NCBI GenBank assembly: GCA_013265495.1 | Contig: MU061092.1 | Span: forward strand, 372,001 to 436,000 | DNA: 64,000 nucleotides | Origin: Vicugna vicugna | Lineage: Eukaryota | Reading direction: 5' to 3' | Part shown: piece after piece, positions 35,362 through 48,330 of the stretch | How the letters are laid out: each line of letters opens with the position of its first letter | How positions within the stretch are numbered: the stretch's first letter is position 1 | Translations under genes and position numbers: made by a program | Notes under the pieces: generated by a model | Databases searched by the model: none | The model's input: only the letters and a program-made list of their open reading frames with translations | What the model was told of the DNA's origin: nothing

Positions 35362-35387
35362 ACCGGAAGTCCTCCAGCTTCCGGGAA
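35362..35387. promoter_or_regulatory. Candidate ETS (ACCGGAAGT) plus STAT GAS (TTCCGGGAA) composite element
   Basis: Two consensus motifs 8 bp apart in apparently unique intron 7 sequence; function untested. Confidence 0.3.
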
Positions 35388-35779
35388 ACGCAGTGAAGGG
35401 TGTTAGGGCTGCTCTTCCTCCACCTCAAAATGTTTTTTTTTTAATAAAAAGTTTTGCCAAAAAATGTTAGTGTAGCCCTGAATTTGCAATATATTGGTGG
35501 TAAGAGGGCAGCAATATAGTACTGAAAAGTATTTCAAGGCTTTTTGCTAAGTCCCTAAAAATGGAATGAGGCCACGAAATAGATCATTATATGAAAGCTC
35601 TTCCATTAAGAAAAATAGAGTCAGCATCGTATGTCCTGGGGAACCTCACTGTTTCTTCACGTCACAGAGGATTTTAGAATCTACTAAAGATGGCGATTAA
35701 TAGAGAATTTTGTCACGGTTTAAGCTTTTTAAACTTTTAGTTCCACTATCACACTATTATTCACTTAAAAAATTATTCA

Positions 35780-35859
35780 TTTTAATGGAGGGACCGAGGA
35801 TTAAACCCAGGACCTCGTGCATGCTGAGCGTGTGCTTAGCCACTGAGCTGCACCCTCCT
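35780..35859 (-). mobile_element. tRNA-Ala-derived SINE (vic-1 type)
   Basis: Minus strand GCAGCTCAGTGGCTAAGCACACGCTCAGCATGCACGAGGTCCTGGGTTTAATCCTCGGTCCCTCCATTAAAA. Confidence 0.85.
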
Positions 35860-36266
35860 CATTCGCTAGGAATGTGAATCAGAGCCTGGGAGGAAATGAA
35901 GGCACACCTGGGAGACCGCAGGAGTAAGCCATGGAAACCAAACCCACTATTTCCTACCAAAGAACGCGTCGGAAAGTGGGGCTGCCTGAATCCAGGGAAA
36001 GCACGCCTGGTGTCCGCAAGGAGCGCCAGCAGGGACGTGCGCTCCCCCCGGGCCACGACCCAAGGGGAGCGGGCCACGGCTTCGCAGGTGCCTGCCCCAC
36101 TGCTGTCCTGAGAACAGGACGCAGCCCCCGCCCCAGCGCGTCCCTAAGACAGCTTCTCCAGAGGGTCCCCGTGGGGGCCTCCTGAAAGCGAGCTCAGGGG
36201 ACCGTCCAGCATGTCTGCCATCCGGATCCTAGAGCCGAGCAGCGGGCCAGCGGCGCTCCTACTTAC

Positions 36267-36383
36267 GGGGGCCCCGGGGAAGCCGTCCGGGCCCACGGGT
36301 CCCGCGTAGCCTGCGTCACCCACGGTCCCGTTGCAGCCGTCGAAGCCGGGTCGTCCTCTGGGCCCGCCTTGCCCCGGGTGCCC
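36267..36383 (-). CDS. COL4A2: COL4A2 exon 7 (117 nt): [39 protein letters not shown]
   Basis: Acceptor TGTCCAG, donor CCC|GTAAGT; retains the 7S Cys and the N-G-T glycosylation sequon. Confidence 0.97.
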
Positions 36384-39382
36384 CTGGACACAGGAAAGGG
36401 AGTCAGCCTGCAGCCCTCAGGTGCTTAGTTTGCACAAAGCTGATGGAACAGTTTCTAGTCGTCTCATGAGAGACACCCCTGGTGTGAGCCCAAGGGCAGA
36501 GACCACTTAAAATGAACCAGTGAATGAACGAAAAACTGAGTACCCAAAGGCACACGAGTGTTGTGCTAAGCCAGGGAGGGGCTTTGGGACCAAGTTCTGT
36601 TTCCCCCAGGGTGTGGTAAACCCGTCTCGGGGTTTCTCCTGCCTGGCCTCGCCGGGCAGTGGGGAGGGCTGTTTCAGCTGGAGCAGGAGAGTGTAGATTT
36701 GAAAATTCTAGAAAAACGTTCTGGAAGCCACTGCTGCTGCTGTGGACAACAAGGTTAGCTGTGCCCAACCGAACTCCGGATGAAGAAGAAATCGGGGTCC
36801 AAATGCGCGTGCCACCCGCAGGGGGACTTCCTTCGCGCCGTGGCAGGAGGGCCGCTTTCCTCGTTTGCCTTTTTGGGGACATGACCTTTTAGCTTTTAGA
36901 CATGAACAGACGGCAAGTCAGGTGCTCTGAGGCGGGAGGTGGGGGAGGGAAGGCCACGTGATCACGTGCCTTTGGAATTACTGAGGGCCAGGCTAAGTCG
37001 GGGCCCCTCGACCGCATCCGTCTGGTTCTGGAGACGTGGAGGCTTGGGTTAATAATCTGCAGTTTATGCACTGCAAGACCACAGCCGGTTTGCTGTTTCT
37101 CTACACAATAAATGTTTAGATATAAGCTTTCTTGTGTGCAATTCCTTTAAAGCTTTGGTTTTCTTGATCATAGACCAAATCCACATCCCAGAGTGATCTC
37201 TGAGGCCAGCAGCCTGTCTTTTGGATGTACCATGAGAAATCCGGAAAGTTGCAAGGTAGACAAACAAGCCCCCCACGTCGTGGCTGTACCTGGAATGATA
37301 CTAAGAAATACGGGAAGAATAGGAGACTCTTTCTTTCGTTTGCACATCTCTTTGCTCCAGATGTTCAGAGGCATTGCCTGAACTGGTGCCACCGGGTAAG
37401 AGATACAACAGGACTTCCAGCTGACCCTCTGGTGGACCAGAGAGGCTCTGACCGTCTCAGGACTGTCATAGAGCACAGGTTCCCTGGCTGTTAGAGGGCC
37501 AGCTGCTTTTTGGGCTTCGAAGTAAAGTCATCCTTTTCAGGGGCCTCTAAAAGCTGACCTTCGGATTCAGCCACAGGAATCGAGGCCTGCGGGCGTTCTG
37601 CTCAGGAGCCTCGGGATTCGTGGTGCTTCCCTCAGAACCCGCCGCCGAGCTCCTTCGCCTTCTCCGGAATTACCGTCTGCTGCTGGTCATTCTGACCTAA
37701 GTCAGAGAATTGCATGCCAACGGATCTTAGTTGGAAATTGTCCTTCAGAGAAAAATTTCACTTCTGTTGAGCAGAGCGTCCGTCTCTTGTTCACCATCTG
37801 ATTAGGCCCATTTCTGTATGATGCGGTGCTGAGGTTGTACCACACATCACTTTCTGTACACGATTCTGAACAGCTAAACCTGCGTCGGTCCCTCAACCTC
37901 TGCTTCCATTAACGTCTCAGGAGCGGCAGGTGGGTTTCAGTTAATTCAGTGTAGGATCTACTGGATTTCTGCAGTTCAAGGATTTTCTTTAGCAGAACTC
38001 AGATTCTGTAGAAAACCACCAGGCATCTGTTTACCATGATCGTGTCTCCAGATGACAGATGGCGACTTCCTCCCTCATTTGTGAAGTATTTGCTCCTGAC
38101 ACTAAATGTGGATGAAGTGGAAAAACGAAGTCAACTATGACAAGGATTCGTTAGAGTGTTTTTCCATGAGGTCAACTCCATTTAAAACTCACACTTCGAC
38201 TTCCAGAAGACAGCCCCGAGGAATGGTCCCAAGTGTCCAAAAAAGTAATTTAAAAATGGGTGATTTCATTTGAGGCAGTGGGTAGGGAAATACTTTCATT
38301 ATTTGTTTAACCCTTGAGATCTGCGGATTCTTCAGCTCTGCCAATTTGCCAAGATGCTAACTAACGTGAGAGTTGTTTCCATGTGTGTTCACAGCCGTGT
38401 GTTGTAACTGAGCCCCCAGCTGGGCAACACTCAGGATCACCAGCCACGTAGGCCTCACGTCTTGGTAAGTGTGGCTTCCTTTCTTCGCCTCCGATTACTT
38501 CCTTCTGGGGCAGAGGTCTCCTTGAATGTGGGGCTGGAGATCCGAAGAAAAAGCACGAATTCCCCGGGGCTGCTGTCCACTCGGCCCGTCCTCTCTTCTC
38601 CTGCCAGGGGCAGCCCCGCTCCTGCCACCTGGGGGTGAGGATGTGCGTGTGCGCATGTGCGTGTGACTCGCGACAAACCACGTGTGTCGGGTAAGGGCCC
38701 AGACAGCCGTCTGTGTCTGACGTTCCTGAAGCAGATGGCCTCCAACTTCAGTGGTAGGCGGGTGGGGTGGGTCTGAATGTGCGATAAACACATTCATGCC
38801 GGAGGCGGGGGCCTGGAGGGGGCCCTGGGAAATCTCAAGGACCCCGTGAAGGAGGCTGTGAGTCAGCTGCCCTGTTTATTTTCTTCTGCCACAAGAAGTA
38901 AAGTAAACTAGGTTAGAAAAACACATTTTATTGCATCCTGAGATTTTCTCATGGACCGAGCATGTCTCTGTCTTCTCATTTATGTGTGGCCACGACGAAG
39001 ACAGGCGCCACACCAGCGCCAAGGCGTCCAGGCTCCCGGCTGGACCAAGACGTCAGGTGGCTCTGGGGGTCGAGCCAGATTTTAAGATTTTAAGGCTGTT
39101 TGTAGAGCACGCCCGAGCGGCGCGGCAGCTCTTTGATACAAAGCAACGTCCAGTCGTGGCGAAGCGGCCTCAGCTCTGAAGCCAAGTCCAGAGGAACGTT
39201 TAAAAAAGAAACGATCTGTCCAGTACTTGACTGGATTCCAGGAGGAAAAAACATGCACCCAGAGCCCATGACACGACATGTCCAGCTAGACACGTTTCTG
39301 CACATCAGAAGCGCATGGCTTCGCCTGTGCACAATTTTTTTCCGCCAATGTTTTAAAATTCTTATCTTAACGAAAAACTTAC

Positions 39383-39427
39383 GGGAATTCCGTCGGCACC
39401 AGGGAATCCAGAAACGCCTCTTGCTCC
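39383..39427 (-). CDS. COL4A2: COL4A2 exon 6 (45 nt): GARGVSGFPGADGIP
   Basis: Acceptor TTCATAG, donor CCC|GTAAGT; 86-nt intron from exon 5. Confidence 0.97.
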
Positions 39428-39477
39428 CTATGAAGAAGGCAAACAAACTGAATGAGGGCGAGGCGCCCCGCCCTTCA

Positions 39478-39744
<267 letters not shown>

Positions 39745-40184
39745 CTAGCATCTTCGGAGCACGTCGTACGTAAGCCCCACCTGCTGCCACGGTGGCCACA
39801 GGGTGAGCTCCGGCTAAGAAAGGGAAACCGAGGTTAAAGGGAAAAATACTAAATGCGAGGCAGGATTATCCCAAATTACAACCGAGGCTTTTTGCGAAAT
39901 GCTCCCATTGAATTGGGATGAGAGACTCAACTTACCTGGCAGTTTAGAAACAGCCCTTTCAGTGTGAAAGAAGGTGAGTTTCAAACAAATTTCTACGAGT
40001 TTATTTCTGTCTCAGTATAGTGCATGCAACAGGTATGGGGACATAAATTGTGTCCAGATATCAAAGTGATCCCCAGATGCTTCGGTAATTAGATAATCTG
40101 TCCTCCTGTTCACACCCCCCCACACACACGTGTGCGTGCATGCACGGAGAAAAAGATAAAAGTTTTCTGAAATACATAAAACGT

Positions 40185-40890
40185 TAGTCATATCCATTAG
40201 GATGGTTATTATTTAAAAAAAGAAGACAAAATCACATGTCGGCGCAGAAGTGGAGAAGTTGGAACCCTTGTGCTCTGTTGGTGGGAGTGTGCATGGTGCA
40301 GTCACTGCGGGCGGAAGACAGTATGGTGGCTCTGCAGGACGCTAAGCAGAGAATCGCCATGTGACCCACAGTCGCACCTCTGGGACAGCACTCAAAAGGA
40401 CCGACAGCGGAAACTTTCCACACCCACGCTCGCTGCAGCATTTCCACAACTGCCAAAAGGTGGAAGCAAAGTGTCGCTGACAGATGATGGATAAACACGG
40501 TGTGGTCCATCCAGACAAGGCACCATTATTCACCTTAAAAAGGACGGAAATTCTGACACACGCTACAACGTGCGTGAACTGTGAGGACATGATACTGAGT
40601 GACAGAAGCCATCCCCAAAGGACAAATACTGTCTGAGTCCACGAATACGAGGCCCCTAGAGTCGTCACGTTCACGGAAACAGAGTGAGACACAGGTTCCT
40701 AGGGTGGGGAGGGGCATGGGCGCTTAATGGGGACAGAGTTCCAGCTCGGGGAGACGCATGGTGATAATGGTTGTACAAAATGCGAATGTGCTTAACGCCA
40801 CTGAACTGTACACACATGGGTAAGACGGCACCTTTTGTGTTGTGTGTGTTGTACCACAAAAACATACATTCTTTCTACAGCAAAAAAAAA
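40185..40890 (+). mobile_element. L1MB-like 3' end
   Basis: GTGGAGAAGTTGGAACCC, GATGGATAAACAC, AAAAGGACGGAAATTCTGACACACGCTACAAC, GTGCTTAACGCCACTGAACTGTACAC. Confidence 0.85.
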
Positions 40891-41601
40891 TTCCTCATAA
40901 AAACAAAAAGATTAAAAAGGGGGTTCTTGAATGTCTTTGAAGAATGTGGGAAAAGGTGGTTGAGGAGGGCTGTGATGAAGGACAGACACCCCTGACCGTG
41001 GGCCTGTGACACGCGGGCTCAGCCCTGGCTAACACTCAGGGGGCTCGGGAGGCTGCACTGGCTGTAAGTCTGGGGACAAAACATGCTTTGATCCAGACTT
41101 CTACGGCTGTTCCTCGGCTGTGCTCATTTGTGTTGTGTTTGTGGCTCTTCACATAGAGTCTTCCCTGATCATTTACCATGACCCCCAGCCTCCAAGTTCC
41201 CCGACCATCGGAGCCGCGGGGTGTGCCAGTGTTTGCGGGGAGCAGGCTTTGGGGGATGACGCGTTCCTTGCCAGCACGGTCATTTCTATTGTCCATAAAC
41301 TACATCCTCCTCTGGGGAAGGGTGGCTCCACAGGGCTGACGGGGAGGGACCGTGTGCCACTAACCTAGAGGGAACACATGCCCCGCACTGAGGAAACCCT
41401 CATCTGCCCGGCAAGCGTCAGCCTCTCCTCAGGCCCCTCCCCTGGGGAGGCCGCCTGCTGACATCACGTCCTCGCTCTCCTCCTATTGTTACTGCACTTC
41501 TTTTTAACTTCTGTTTCTGGGATGGGAAGTGTGACCTTGGGAGTAAGATCCCAGCCTTGCCTTTTCTGGAATGTGCTGTCACGTTTTTCTCTCGTACGGC
41601 A

Positions 41602-42260
41602 TGAGGTGAATTCCCACACCGTGAAACCAGCCGTTCCACAGCGGCCTCGGGCACCGTCACAGTGTCCTCTCGCCACCACATCTAGCCAGTTCCAAACATC
41701 TCCAGCTCCCCGAGAGGAGACCCCCAGCCCGCCGGGCCGTCGTTTCTGACCCCTACACGCCAGTGCCCACCGGCCCGCGCTCGGCATCCGTGGGATTTTC
41801 CCATTCTGGGCGTTTCCTATAAATGGAATCAGGTGTGGGCTGTGCAACCCTTCCTGTCCAGCTTCTTTCACTGAACCTAATGTCCTCGAGGCTCGTCCAC
41901 ACTGCTGCACGTATCCATCTTTCACCCATTTTCATGGCTGAACCATATTCCACGGCCTGGATAAACCGGTCTGCCGTGGGCAGAGCTGCTCTGGACGCAC
42001 ACACGCTGCTCCGCTTGAGTCCCTGTTTTCAGCTGTTTTGGGTCTGAACTCAGGAGGGGCACTGCTGTACCGCGTGGAAACGCCATCCCTGCTGGAGGCC
42101 CTGCCGTGCTGCCTCCCACCATGGCCGCCCCCCTGTACGTCCCCACCGCCAAGGCGTGAGGGCTCCTGGTTTCTCCACGTTCCCACCAGAATTCGTTGTT
42201 TTCCATCTTTAAAAAATTATAGCCATCCTAAGAGGGTGGGGAAATGGTGTCCCCCTCATC
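41602..42260 (-). mobile_element. L1MB-like 3' end, GC-shifted
   Basis: TTCTGGGCGTTTCCTATAAATGGAATC, TTCATGGCTGAACCATATTCC, TTATAGCCATCCT. Confidence 0.8.
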
Positions 42261-43092
42261 TCAGGCTTCTGACAGATGAAACATTTCACAAAGCTCCCTC
42301 CAGCTTCCGCCCCAGGGAAGAGCCAGGACCGTGGAGGGATCTGAATCCACCCTCAACCCCCAGGACTGGACCCTCGGTCCCGCCCTCGGTGCAAACCCTG
42401 CGTTGCTGGGACTTATGTCAAGGTCCAAGGCCCTTGGTGTGCCTGCTGTGGTCATCAGGGATGAGGTTCCCCTGGGACGCCCTGCCCACCAGCACACCTT
42501 GGGTGTTTGCAAAGGGCAGCTGGAGTGCTCAGTAATGGAAGGAGTTCCCTCTGTCCTAACGACCTTCACCAACTCCCAGCCTCAGCTGAAAAGTCCCGAC
42601 TGGAAAAGTTATTTCCGTCTCTTCCTTTCTTTTTGTACTAAGTGATGTTAAAAATAAAAATTACCCCAGACAGAGTGGGACTCTAGCTTAAAAGTCTTTG
42701 CATAAATTTCTAAAGCCCCTAAAAGTCTCGCAATATACATGATAAAAATATTTCTGCAAAATACTTCTCAGAAGCCAGCAGACGTCGTAGAAAGGAGCTG
42801 GAAGCCCAGGAGCGGGGCCGCTGCCCCGCAGGGAGCTGACTCGTGTGGATGCATCGCTGCCCAGGAAGCAGGACGCTGGCAGGGTCTTGCAGTCCCGCAC
42901 CCCCCGGGATAAAGCACTGTGAAAGGTTTAAAAAAGTGGTTTGTCTCATTTTGTCCCCAGGACCACCGTGACGTTGGCGTCACCCCCATTTGAAAGGAGA
43001 GACAACGGGGGTCTGGAGCGCTTGGTGTGAAGAGGTGACTGATGCGTTTAAGTCTGGGGAGGGGGGGCGGATTCCATCTTCTATGACACCCT

Positions 43093-43238
43093 TGCTGCTG
43101 GAAGTGAGGTCCCCAAGCTGCGTCAGCACCACCGGGGAACTTTCAAGAAATGCAGATTCTCAGGCCCAGGCCGGCCCTCCAGGGGCTGCACTGAACACGG
43201 TCCCGGAGGGTTCACTGCACAGCTGGAGAATCCTGGCA
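43093..43238. mobile_element. MER5A-like DNA transposon relic
   Basis: CAGCACCACCGGGGAACTTTCAAGAAATGCAGATTCTCAGGCCC. Confidence 0.7.
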
Positions 43239-44619
43239 CGACCCCACCCGCCTCCCCCTGCTGACGTTCTCCTCCGGAGGGCGGAGGCAGGTCTCTCTTA
43301 ATAAGAAAAATCTCTTAAGCATGAAGTTGGATCTCAGAAGAAAGGTCGGGCTTCCTGAGTTGGGCAGAGGGAAACCTAACATTTATGCTCGCTGAAGACT
43401 ATTCCTGGCTAGATTTTCTTGGTCTTTAGTTTCAGCGACACCTGCAAATAGGGAGGGACTTTGAGCTGCAGGGACGGAGGGAGGGGCACACATGGCCTCT
43501 CCCTCTTTGAAACCGCCCTTGGAGTCTGTGTGGGACGCCCAGGGCTCAGCCTTGGGAGCTGAAGTCTGGGAGGGGCAGGGAATGCGTCCAGCCTGAGCAC
43601 ACATTGCTTAAATGCCACGACCGCCGAGGGAATGCGCTCGGAGTCCTGAGACACTTGCGAAGCTTTGGAATTTTCACTTCTGAGAAAAGCGGCAAAATAT
43701 AATCAGATCGAGAAAGAACTCCACCACCTCAGCCTCTAACCTAAGGGCAGAAGACCGGTGGGGAGTCAAAGCCCCGAGAAACTGGGCCTTGCATTCAAGC
43801 GCCCCCAAGGGGGTGCCCGTTTCCATTCAGAGCTCCTTACCCACAGCGTTGGCCTTGGGTAAGCGAGCAGTACTGGGAGGACAAAGAGATGTTCCCAAGG
43901 ATAAAGCCTGCTTCCCTGCACAGCAGGACTTTGAATCCACGGGACTGCATGTTCCTGGTGGAGCAGGCTTTCCACGCCCAGCTGGCCGGCACCTGAATAG
44001 AAGGAAGCCCTCCTCCTTCCCGCGTGTGCTCTTCCTGTGTCGCCTTCTATGGGCACCGGGCACTCCTCCAGACACCCCGCATCCTCTCCAGGCCCAGGCG
44101 CCCCTCCCTTCCTCGGCTCCGCGCCCTCCCGGCCTTCCACTGCTGCGGCTCTCGGTGACCTCTGGGGATTCCGGCCCAGGTCCCAGCTCACTCTGTGAGC
44201 TGTTCACACACGGTCAAGAAAAGGTCAAATGGCCCAAACGGACTATTTTTTTAGGAATCAGGAAAATAATTTGTTTGGCTGAATTTTAGAATCCATCAGC
44301 CTTCCTAGGGATGGCCGTTAGCATCTGTGAGCAGCTCTGACCACCTGGCAGAGTGAGTTAACACCTCATTCCCAGCTGATGGTTGTATGGGGGTCAGTAC
44401 CCCCCCACACACATACACACAGCGTGTCACGCACACAACCACCACCTGTCAGTGGCGGCCAACTGCCTCTGCCAGGCAAGACGGAACTTCTCCCTTAGCT
44501 TCCTACTAACATAATGAAGCCTTAGTCCTGCCCTGGGTACCAGTCCTACAGAAGGTTCCACTTACTCCTCAGTAAGAATTACATGGCCTCCTGGAACTCC
44601 TGCTGTCCTCTCCCCAAAA

Positions 44620-45990
44620 TTGGCCCAGACTGGAGGGCGTGTGGGGGAAAAGGAAATCACTACCACAGGGAAAGGAAGAACCCTGGACCCTCACCCGGTT
44701 CTGCACACAAACCCGCAGTCAAAACGGAGCACAGACCTGCACACAAGGGCTAACACGCTGCCACTTCCAGAAGCAAACACAGGGTGTGACCTGGGCTGAG
44801 GCAAAGGCTGCTCAGACAAGACGCAAAAATCACAAACCATCAGAGGAAAAATGTTGATGAGATTTAAAAGAATTGATGCTCAAAAGATACTGTTTAACAG
44901 AAACAGACTCACCCACACAGAAAACAAACTTCTGGTTACCGGGGGTGGGGGCAGGGATAAGTCAGGAGCCTGGGATTAGCAGACACACACTGCTGTGTGT
45001 GACACAGAGAACCAGCAAGGCCTGCTGTGCAGCACAGGGAGCTGCCTTCAGCAGCTTGTAACCGCCTGTAATGAGAAAGACTGTGGAAAGGAACACTGTA
45101 CACACGTATGGTGGAAGCATGATGCCGCACACCAGAAAGCGACACAACATTGTACACTACTACACTTCAATAAAAAGGATATCGTTTAAAATGAAAAGCA
45201 GATGGGGAGAAATACTCACAAGACACATATGTGACAAATGACTTTCGTCCCTTCTGCAGAAAGAACTCCCAGAAACCAATAGTAGGGCCACAAACAACCT
45301 GATCGGAAAAGCTGGCAAATGATCTGAACAGACCCTGCATCACAGAAGAGGTGCAGACGGAAAACAGGGGCATGAAAGGGGCCAGCAGTGCCGGCCAGGA
45401 GGGAAAGGAAATTAGATCAGAATAAGGTGCACCTGCGGCTGCTGGAATGGCTGACACGCCCGGAGAGAACTGGCCACGCCGAGCGCTGGAGAGGGCGCGG
45501 AGCGGCCGGGAGCCTCAGTCACTGCAGGCGGGCACGCAGAACGGGTGGCTAAAGCCAAGACCTGCAGGTCAGAGTTCACAGTGGCTCAATTTATTTTAGC
45601 TCAAAACTGGAAGCCACCTGGGTGACCCTCAGCTGTGTGGATAAACAAACTGTGGTCCAGGCACAGACTGGAATACTACTTAGCAACAAAAAGGAACAAG
45701 CTGTCTGATTATCTGATGTGTGCACCAGTGAGGAAGTGAAGGCAGCCAGACACAAGGCTGCATCCTGCCCGTCCTGTTTGTACCATGCCACCTATTACCC
45801 TGCTCAGGAGACGTTCTAGAGAGAAGCGAGTGCCAGGGCTGCAGGAGGAGGGAGGGGGCCATCTACAAAGGGCACAAGGAAACTTCGGACACAGACCCGT
45901 TTTATACCACGACCTTGGTGGCTGTTACACGGCTGGACACATTTGCCGATATTCACGGAACTGTATGTGAACTACACCTCAATACACTTG
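44620..45990 (+). mobile_element. Old L1M ORF2/3' end relic with a younger L1 3' end nested at about 44865-45180
   Basis: Flanks match L1M ORF2 end and L1MB/MC-type 3' UTR motifs; inner part AAACAGACTCACCCACACAGAAAACAAACT...CACTTCAATAAAAA is a young-type tail. Confidence 0.75.
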
Positions 45991-47694
45991 ACCGTGAAGG
46001 CAGCCGCGAGTAAGAAGACAGTCTCTCAAGTTCACAGGCACAGTGCATGTGGCCAAGTCCTTCTGGCACATTCTTACCAGTGAATTTACAAGACAGATGA
46101 CATTCAGAAATGGAAGGAGAGAGGACGCTGGTAAAATGATATACTGAAAACGTCTAGCCAAATGCTTTTTAAAAGTGTCTGCCAGAGAAGTGAAAAGGTC
46201 TGAAGAAACCAAGACCCTGCTTCCCTTGTCTGGAAGCTGGTCTGTCCAAGTGTGGTCCTGAGAGGAACCAGGACCACCCAGCCCACAGCCCACAGGACAG
46301 CGGGAGGGAAGTGGGGCAGGACCAGGCTAGCCTCAGGCGCAGAAGATACCCTTCGGCTGTCATCGGTTTCCCTTATACACGATTTTCAAAAAAAACAAAA
46401 AGAGGGTGGCCCCAAAACTGTCAGATGCTCTGTGTCATTCTATCTGAAATTATTTGACTTGGGCAAGTTCACACTTTAAAGCAAAGAAAAAGAATGGGTT
46501 CTCTCTGGTTCTCCACCTATACGACCAAGACGTCTGAAAACTGCTCCTTATTCTAAAAATAGGCAGCTCAGGGCAGTCGAACTCAGCGGCTTTAGCCGTG
46601 CGAGGCGGAGCTTCTCACAGTCCAGATGTGGATTCGCTTGGCACAGTCTGGAAAAGCTGATTTTCTGGGAGAGCCTTTTATTGCCTCTGTGCTTGTAGCA
46701 ATAAGCACATTTCATTTGCCTAAACATGGGCCCTGGCCCACAGACAGACGTGATTTCCAAGGAGGCAGGGAGGTGCGGCTGGGTGAGCTGAGGGCCGCGG
46801 GGAGCAGGGGATGGGCTGGAAGAAGCTGGCGCTGGGGCTCTGGTTGTCAGGCTCCCCCCCTTTCTCATCCAGCAGCTGGCAGCACGGAACAGCATCAACA
46901 GCAGGTCCTCAGGCAGCCTTTCCGTCATCATGGGGTGTCATACAGGGTGGCCCCGGGCCGTGCTGCCCCGATGGGACAGCAACAGTTAGGCGGGAGGCGA
47001 CCTGAGTCACTGAAATCATAAAACGGCTGGTAATGAGAGCAGCTGCCTGTGTGCACGGCCCCCACGCAGACTACTGACTTTCATGGGCCAGCTGCGTGTG
47101 CCAGCCTCTCACCTCAGCCTCTTAGGTCATCATCTTAGGTCACTTCACGGAGCAGTGCAGACTGTGCTCTGACACCCGCCTCTGTCACTGCCCTGTGGGG
47201 AGCCGGCCAGCAGCCCCGGGGAGGCACCCTCCAGAGGGAGGAGGAAGAGGAGACACCGTGTGCCCGGCCTTCGGTCAGCGGCTCCCTGCTGGGCTGATCA
47301 GCCAGGCCGGCAGCCTCGGAGACTTTTTAGTATCTGTGTGCAGACCAGGAATGGAACCAGCCGTTATACCTCCTCCACATTTAGACTAAACACAGTCCCA
47401 CGCAAGGATACTATTCCCCAGGCTGGCATTAGCCTAAGTGGGTCTGTTACGGAAAAAAAAATTGGCCAACAAAGTGAAAAAGATGAAGTGCGAGCGAGGG
47501 TTCCGCCTTGGCTGTGGCACTCAGCTTTGTCCCGTTCTTCTGCATCTGAAACGTTCCCGGGCAGGACGCGTGCTTGGCCGAGCTCCGCGCGCGCTGTCCG
47601 GAGACAGGCGTGAGCTCCCTCCACCTTCCTCCTTGCTTTCACCTGCTTATGTGTTCTTCTATGTTCCTTAAAGTTATTTGGGATTTTCACTTCC

Positions 47695-48330
47695 TTTTTA
47701 AGATTTCAAACTTTATTTTTAAATGAACACACAATGATACTCGTTTTCCTTGGGTCCAGTTTGGCGAGTTGGGACACGTCCTCAGAGCTGCGTCAGCCCG
47801 AGTCCCCGAGCTGCGCCCTGGCCATGGAGCCCCCTCCCCCAGCTCTGTGGATCACGGCGGTCCTCCCGCCGCGTGGCTGTGCCTCTCCCAGGCTGTCCCT
47901 CACCGGGAGGTACTCCGCGTCTCGCCGCCGGGGGCCGTGAGCCTCGCCGCCCTGCCGCGCGTGACGGTTCTGCCGTATGCGTCACGGCGCCACGGCCGTC
48001 CGTCCAGTCACTCCCCGGAGGGCGGCTGAACTGCTTCCAGTTTTCGGCGAATGTGGATCGGGCTGCTATGGTCGTTCATGTGCGAGGTGTTTTTTTGGAC
48101 AGCTTTTTTAAGCATCCAAGAATGAGAGCCCCAGGACACATGGTAAGCTCACATTCAACTTTATGAAAAAGTTGCAGAACTGTTTTCCAGACTGGCTGCT
48201 CTGTGCTGTGTTCCCGCCAGCCATGCATCAGAGTTCCAGGGCCTTGTCAGCACTTGGTGTCGTCAGCTCTGTCCCCCGAGCTGTCCTGCGAGCTCCGCGC
48301 AGCTCGGGCACTGTGGCTTTAACCTCACTC
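47695..48330 (-). mobile_element. Old L1M 3' end/ORF2 relic, strongly GC- and CpG-shifted
   Basis: CTTCCAGTTTT, GGGCTGCTATG, CATGGTAAG, AACTTTATGAAAAAGTTGCAGAACTGTTTTCCA, CACTTGGTGTCGTCAG. Confidence 0.78.

Noticed and set aside
46252-46277. 9-bp inverted repeat GTGGTCCTG-N8-CAGGACCAC
   Set aside because: Too short for a pre-miRNA and expected by chance in 64 kb
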